NCBI RefSeq assembly: GCF_009914755.1
Contig: NC_060926.1
Length of the DNA: 64,000 nucleotides
Direction: 5' to 3' (one strand)
Origin: the human T2T-CHM13v2.0 reference genome, Homo sapiens
Part shown: piece after piece, positions 58,010-64,000 of the stretch
Layout: every line of letters starts with the position of its first letter
Numbering within the stretch: the first letter of the stretch is position 1
Notes under the pieces: generated by a model
Told to the model about the DNA's origin: nothing
Databases searched by the model: none
The model's input: only the letters and a program-made list of their open reading frames with translations
Program-made: the position numbers and the translations under genes

Positions 58010-58960
58010 CATAGTTAGAAATTGCCCACTTAGTCGTCTGCATTTTAACTCTCTCAGTTTTCTGCTTTCTCTCTCTAATTTTCTGTTTTCTCACCTCTCT
58101 GTGCAGCATTCCATTGTCATTTTATATTGTCAGATCTGTCATCCAGTTGGCTAATTCCCTCTTCAGCTACATCTCATTGAATGTTTAATCTGTCTATTGA
58201 ATTAATCATTTCAATCACTGTGTCTTGCCATTGTAACTAGTTCTTTTGCAAATATATCCCTGTTGATTTTAATAGTATCTGTCGTTATACTTTAATAGTC
58301 TTTTATTTATTTAAAAATATAAAATATACTGATCATCTCTGATCTCATAATTAATCTCTGTAATTTGTTATTTCTGTTTTCTCTTGCTCATGATTGTTAA
58401 TTTTATGATTTAATAACTTTGTATTGTGAATACGTTTCTTGGTGCTCCAGCTGTGAATATTTGTTGACATGAGATCTATGTTTAAAATATGTTATTCCAG
58501 AGAGGATAATCATTTGCCTTTGACTAATGCCTGAAGTACTAGCAATTTAGAACCAGTTTAAATTATATTTTTGGTGGGAAGGGGGTTGGGAGGCACAGAA
58601 AGTATGAATTATAAGCCTCAGAACTCGAGAGAAGTCTTGTGAGTTGGAATTCTCATTAGATTTTTTTACAATAATTATTATTTAGACACAGTACCAACAG
58701 GGGTAGCAGTCCACACATTTCCCACTGTAGGGTGCACTTATGCTTTCTTTCAGTCTTCTGAGAAAGCTGGCCCTCAGTCCACCTAGATCCATGTAGTTGC
58801 TCCAACTTTCCATGTGTTAGATCATCAAGAATAAGTAGAACTTCCTCAAGCAAAATCGATTCTTGCTTTCTCCTGATTTGGGCTTTCTTATATTTCATAA
58901 GCTATAAAACACCTTTTTAACTTTTCTTTTAGCTCAACAATGCATTGAGAAATATACATT
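58010..58960 (-). mobile_element. Old L1M/HAL1-like fragment (ORF1/5' region), probably continuing at about 57080-57465
   Basis: Antisense L1M ORF1-type text gatctgtcatccagttggctaattccctcttcagct...tttaatctgtctattga; T-rich strand bias. Confidence 0.5.
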
Positions 58961-59008
58961 CAGGTGTGTCTTACTAGAAGAGTCTTTCTTCTACAACTAT
59001 TAACTTTC

Positions 59009-59312
59009 TTTTCTTTCTTTTTTTTTTGAGACTGAGTCTTGCTCTATCACCCACGCTGGAGTGCAGTGGCACAATCTCAGCTTACTGCAGCCTCCGCCTC
59101 ACCTCCTGGGTTCAAGTGATTCTCCTGCCTCAGCCTCCCAAGTAGCTGGGATTACAAGAGTACACCACCACACCCAGCTAATTTTTGTATTTTTAGTAGA
59201 GACGGGGTTTCACCATGTTGGCCAGATTGGTCTTGAACTCCTGACCTAGTGATCTGCCTGCCTCGGCCTTCCAAAGTGCTGGGATTACAGCCATGAGCCA
59301 CCACACCCAGCC
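59009..59312 (-). mobile_element. AluSg-like SINE
   Basis: Full antisense dimer; perfect 17-bp TSD tacaactattaactttc at 58992-59008 and 59313-59329. Confidence 0.97.
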
Positions 59313-59409
59313 TACAACTATTAACTTTCATACTTTCAGATAAGCTTTAATTTCCTTCAGAGCATACATAGTTGTGTTAAATTCTCTTCTCTTTCTTAAA
59401 AATTATTTC

Positions 59410-59535
59410 CTATCTCTCTTCTTTAGAATGTAACTTCCTGAGACAAGAAACGTGGTAATCTCATTTACTGCTGTATTCCAGTGCCTACGGCAATGCCTGG
59501 CACATAGAAAATGCTCAATAAAATTTCCCTAAATA
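59410..59535 (+). mobile_element. L2a 3' end
   Basis: tagaatgtaacttcctgag...tttactgctgtattccagtgcctacggcaatgcctggcacatagaaaatgctcaataaa. Confidence 0.8.
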
Positions 59536-60944
59536 AATACATTACAAGATATATATACACACACATACATACATGTATTATACACATGTGCTGTAGCCAT
59601 ACATACACATGTGTGTGTATAATACCTATATAATTTGGATTTGAACAATTTTTTGTTTATTAAACTGCTGGTCTAACTGGTCATAGAATACTTCAGTTTT
59701 GTTGTGTGATAAGTAAAATATTAAGATTAAAGATGCATCATACAAAGTTAAGACACATTGCATTGACTGTTTGGTGAAAAGGTAAATGGGAATCCTTTGG
59801 ACAAAATTGTTTATTAACATGACAGAAACATCAGATAAATACCTACTTTTGAAATGCTGAGTTATTGTAATATGCATATATAGTCACTAAATGTTAACTG
59901 TAATTTCATGTTGTCATTCCAGTTTGCATCCTTAATGCGCGTCATTTCTCTGGTGGGTTTGAATGGTGCTGTTTTACAGACTGTCACTTGCAAGTTTGAG
60001 GCAGCTGAAGCTACTGTAGAATGACTGACATGAGCATTGAGCAGACCCTCATAGCCTCTGCCAGCAAGTCTTTATCCTGAGTAAAGGGAGCAGATTAGAT
60101 AATTGGATGGTTGAGCAAGAATTCATGTTTGTGTACTTGACGGACGTGAAAACATGTGTTCAAGAATGCAAATTTGAGGATGAAACTTGTTTGCTACAAG
60201 ACAAACACTGAGATTGGGGTTTGGAGACTTGAGTTTTAGAAGTACCTATTAACTAAATAGTTATAGGTACTTCTGGACACTTCTGGACCTCGGTCAATTT
60301 ATCTGTAAAATAAATGGCTGTTGTAGTAAATTTCCCTTCCAATTCTACAATTCTATTATCAAATATTTCTCACATTTATAGGCCTCTCTGAAAATTAAAC
60401 AAAAATCTTACAATAAATTATTCCTCTTCTGAGAAATTCAGTATAAGTTGGGCCGTTGCTGGACTTTCCAACATCTGAATTATAAGTACTACATGATGCC
60501 TGTCTCCAAGTGTTTCCCTAAAGTAGTTGATAATATAACGAAAACTAGAGCTCTACACAGAAAAAAAAACAAAGCTTTATTCTATTACCTGGAGGGAAGA
60601 AAAGCTAGGGAGCCCTCTAGGGCACTTAGGGTTATAGCACTGTCTCTAATCTAGCCTGAGGTTCTTGGACTATGGATGATGCTTCCTAGTTGGAGCTCAG
60701 CGCTACTCACCTTCTGCTTTCTAAATCTCTTTGTCTCTTGTTTTTCACTATCACTTACCTCTCTGGTTTGATTCTATTCCTTCTCTTCTTTCTTCCTCTT
60801 GACAATTATGTCCAGTCTGTACCACCTACTGAATGATAGAGAATGACAGCATTACCTTCTTAACATATGACAATCATAGCCCTTCAAATAGTGAAGCAAT
60901 AGATCAGCTCTGACCTCTGTTTGCTTTTTACAAGCAGAGTACAG

Positions 60945-61110
60945 ATAACTAATATCAGAAATGAAAGAGAGGCCATCAATACTGATACCATAAACACTGA
61001 AGAAGATAGTAAGAAATACTATGAACAACCCTACGCCCACACATTTGATTATTAGCTTAAATGAAATTGACTAATTCTTTGAAAGACATCAGCTGCCAAA
61101 ACTCACACAG
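60945..61110 (+). mobile_element. Old L1M ORF2 fragment
   Basis: aatatcagaaatgaaagagaggccatcaatactgat...aagaaatactatgaacaaccctacgcccacacatttga...ccaaaactcacacag. Confidence 0.75.
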
Positions 61111-61739
61111 GCTGTGTCCCCTTAACAATACCGGGAGAGGCAAACACTACATTATCAGCCTCTGCCCACTAGCTGATGGGAACAAGAGTTTGAGGTAGTA
61201 CAATGCCAAGGAACCCAGGGACACTCTCTTCACAGCTTTTCATTTGTCATCTATCATGTTGGCTCAGGCTGCTTTCATGCTTAGAAATTGAGATTCTCTG
61301 TGACTGCAGCTTTGCAGACATCGGCATTATGTAGCCAATACTTGATCTTCTTCTCATGATCTTTGTCTCATGAGATTGGACTGTGCTATCTGTACTCTTA
61401 CCTGTTGATGAAGGCCATGTCATAATCAGATTGATGGGCCAAGCCCAAAACGCCATCTGTAGTAGCCTCATTCATTAAATAATAAATACTACCACTTCAC
61501 TAAACAATGTGTTTCTTGGATTCCTCTTTGGGTATCATAATGTCCAACCAGATCAATTTTTGTCTACCTCCTTGTCCTCCTTTCTGAGTTTCCTTTCTAT
61601 TGGCCCATCATGACAATTTCTAGATATTGCCTATATAATGGCATGATGTCTCATATTTTAATCTACAGGCAGAGTAAGAAGCAAAAAGCAGTTTAATGCC
61701 TCAGCCATTGGAGGTACGTCATAGCAGTCAAGAAGGTAG

Positions 61740-61889
61740 CAACACTGGAATCAGACCTGGCTTAGATACCTGGTGCTGCCCTATACCCTCTACATAAACT
61801 TAAGCCATCACTCATTCTTTTTATTTGGTCAAGTCTAACCTGAGTATACAAATATCAAATTCATATGGATTCTGTAAAAAAATTATATA

Positions 61890-61934
<45 letters not shown>

Positions 61935-61975
61935 AATATATCACAGAAACTGCCTAAATGCTCAATAAATAGAAA
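61740..61975 (+). mobile_element. MIR containing a (TA)n microsatellite (about 61884-61931)
   Basis: ctggaatcagacctggctt...gcctaaatgctcaataaat; long TA run. Confidence 0.55.
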
Positions 61976-64000
61976 TTAAAATAAAGCCTGACCTAACATT
62001 TGCTTCACAAATAACTACATCATCTGTCCACTAGCAGCATTTTATTTGAATCAATTCTGTTCCTCCCAATATCTTTTTCCTCCTTTCTTTTATATATAGA
62101 ACTTAAAAGCTCTCAGGAACCATGTGTTGCCCTTTTGTTGAGGAAGGGGTCACAGCTTGTTCAATGTCCCATTTTGTGTTGAGGGCAATTATAATTAGAG
62201 CCCTGGTCTATACCCCAGGCTAAAGCATCTGGGAGCCTGGTGAGGATGGAGTGGGGCCACTGAGGGCTTGAGCCCTCTTTTCCATGCACACTAGAAGGCA
62301 GGAGTAGATCCCCCCCATTCCTGTTCTTTGCTGGCCCTGATGCAAGAGAAAAGTAGGAAGTAGCAGAGAACCAGAGAGGCAAGCACCTTGGTTATGTAAT
62401 ATCCACCAAATACCGTTCTAACATATATTAGCCAATTATATGTTTCTCAAACAGCCTGGGAAGCTTCTCAAAATATTTTTATCAACATAATCAAGTACTG
62501 TAAGAAAAACAGGTAAGCTAGAACCAACATACCTCTGACTGTAAAGTGCCGAAAATTCTAGGGTTTAGTTCAAGGCTAACCTTAACTAGGAAGCTATTTT
62601 GAATTTTACTATGAAATAATGCAAAGAGAAAGGAAGAGACCTTCGGTTAAACAGCTGCAATTAATAGGATGGTGAAGTCTATGGAGAGCTGGCCTGGTGG
62701 AACTGGCTTTCATGGCTAGACACGGACAAATTGCCCAAGGTGGAATGAGTATTCTGTGGCAAACTGCCCTAGGAAGCCTAGCCTCTTTGTCTCTATCTGT
62801 GTCTGGCATCCACGCTGAGTTTATCTTAATTAGAGCTAAAATGTAAAACTGTCTCCTTGATAGATTTCCTCCATGGTCCTCTTCAGAGTAGGTGGAACCA
62901 GATATTGTTTTCAGAGGATTGAGGTCATCATCACCATCATCTTGACCAAATGTGTATCCTGACCTTAATGTAGAGACCCACCTAATATCTTCCTGACAGA
63001 CTAACATGGGGGGAAGTCACATATTGGAATCTGTTAGTTTCCATATGCATGCTGAATATTATCTTAGGCCTGAGAGCCAATTTTGTCTTGTTGAAAGATC
63101 TAATGAGTTTCCTCTCTAGGAGATGGGCAGTCTAGCAGTAAGTCAGCCTGGGAGTAATTTTGGCTCTGGCTTGAAACCCAGTCCCAGGAGAGAAGTTTTT
63201 ACTGTTACTTATGGGCCAAGGTCTCCTCATCTCTTTCAGTTCCACTTTCACTAATATGGGTCCATCTGTCCCAGTTCTCCACCTGGAAATTTCCCACCCC
63301 TACCATTCTGACTATAGAAATTGCCTTAGCTCTTACCAGTCCTTCTGGGCAATGGTTCCTGAATGCTGCCCTTAATCTTCAATTCATAAGCCACAACTTT
63401 CCAGTAAGCACCTGGACTCTCCATGTTCTTCCCACCTGGACTCTCCACCTAACCCTAGATCCCACTCCCATGACACAGTGGGCCATCTACTTGGCCAGCC
63501 GCCACCTCCAGTAGGCTGCTCAGCCTGCAGCCTGCCACCTGCTTGGACTGCTGTCTCCAGCTCTCAGCGATCCTCCTTTCACCTTTCACTTATTTTCCCC
63601 CTTCTTATCACTTTCTTTCTTTGTTCTTCTCCTGATCTCTCTTTCACCTGTCCAAAGGCCCTCCGTCCCACTTGTCTATGGCTCACAAGTCTCTGCAGTC
63701 CAACTGGACTCTTCAAGTCAAATAATTCCTGCCTCCACAAAAGTTGAATTATAGATCTTGCTGGGCTATAGTAATAGCAGTAGGGCTAAGTAGGAAGGAG
63801 CAATTAGGTACACAAATGAACTAAACTTGGCTCTTAGACTGAGTCTTAGTATTTCATTGGATAATGTGGCAATGAAGAAATTAGTTACAATGAAAGGCAA
63901 ATTATACCAAAAGACATTAGAGGTGAAAAATTAAAATAAAAAGTCCATGTTTCTAGCTTCCAACTCCTCTGCTCATTTCATTTCTTATTTGTACACAGTA

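Noticed and set aside
59575-59625. 12-bp inverted repeat gtattatacaca / tgtgtataatac
   Set aside because: It sits in TA/CA low-complexity sequence, where self-complementarity is expected.
62609-63007. 132-aa minus-strand ORF (also 28338-28745 and 30374-30802)
   Set aside because: No recognisable domain or supporting exon structure; the lengths are compatible with chance in 64 kb.

Overview
This is AT-rich, CpG-depleted, non-coding simian primate DNA, most likely a human intergenic or deep-intronic region. I see no protein-coding exon, processed pseudogene, RNA gene or CpG island that I can support. The long ORFs in the track come from a THE1 internal region, L1 ORF2, Alus and a 66-bp tandem repeat. 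The window is a layered record of transposons: a complete THE1 (MaLR) provirus with an Alu inside it, six Alus in total, several solo MLT1, ERV1 and ERVL LTRs, L1 pieces of several ages, a full-length Tigger3b, a Tigger5/MER47 element, a MER5, and old L2, MIR and CR1 fragments. Repeat subfamily names come from my recollection of the consensus sequences and need RepeatMasker/Dfam confirmation. I found no evidence of a new gene system. The most unusual structures are: (1) a roughly 380-bp mini-L1 whose 5' tip is joined directly to its 3' end inside one degenerate target-site duplication (TSD); (2) a MER21-like LTR bracketed by a roughly 43-bp direct repeat; (3) a 3x66-bp minisatellite rich in ETS motifs; (4) a perfect RFX X-box, plus X-boxes carried by LTRs; (5) a twin-priming micro-inversion; (6) a fold-back/tandem amplification inside Tigger3b; and (7) a few candidate lncRNA exons.
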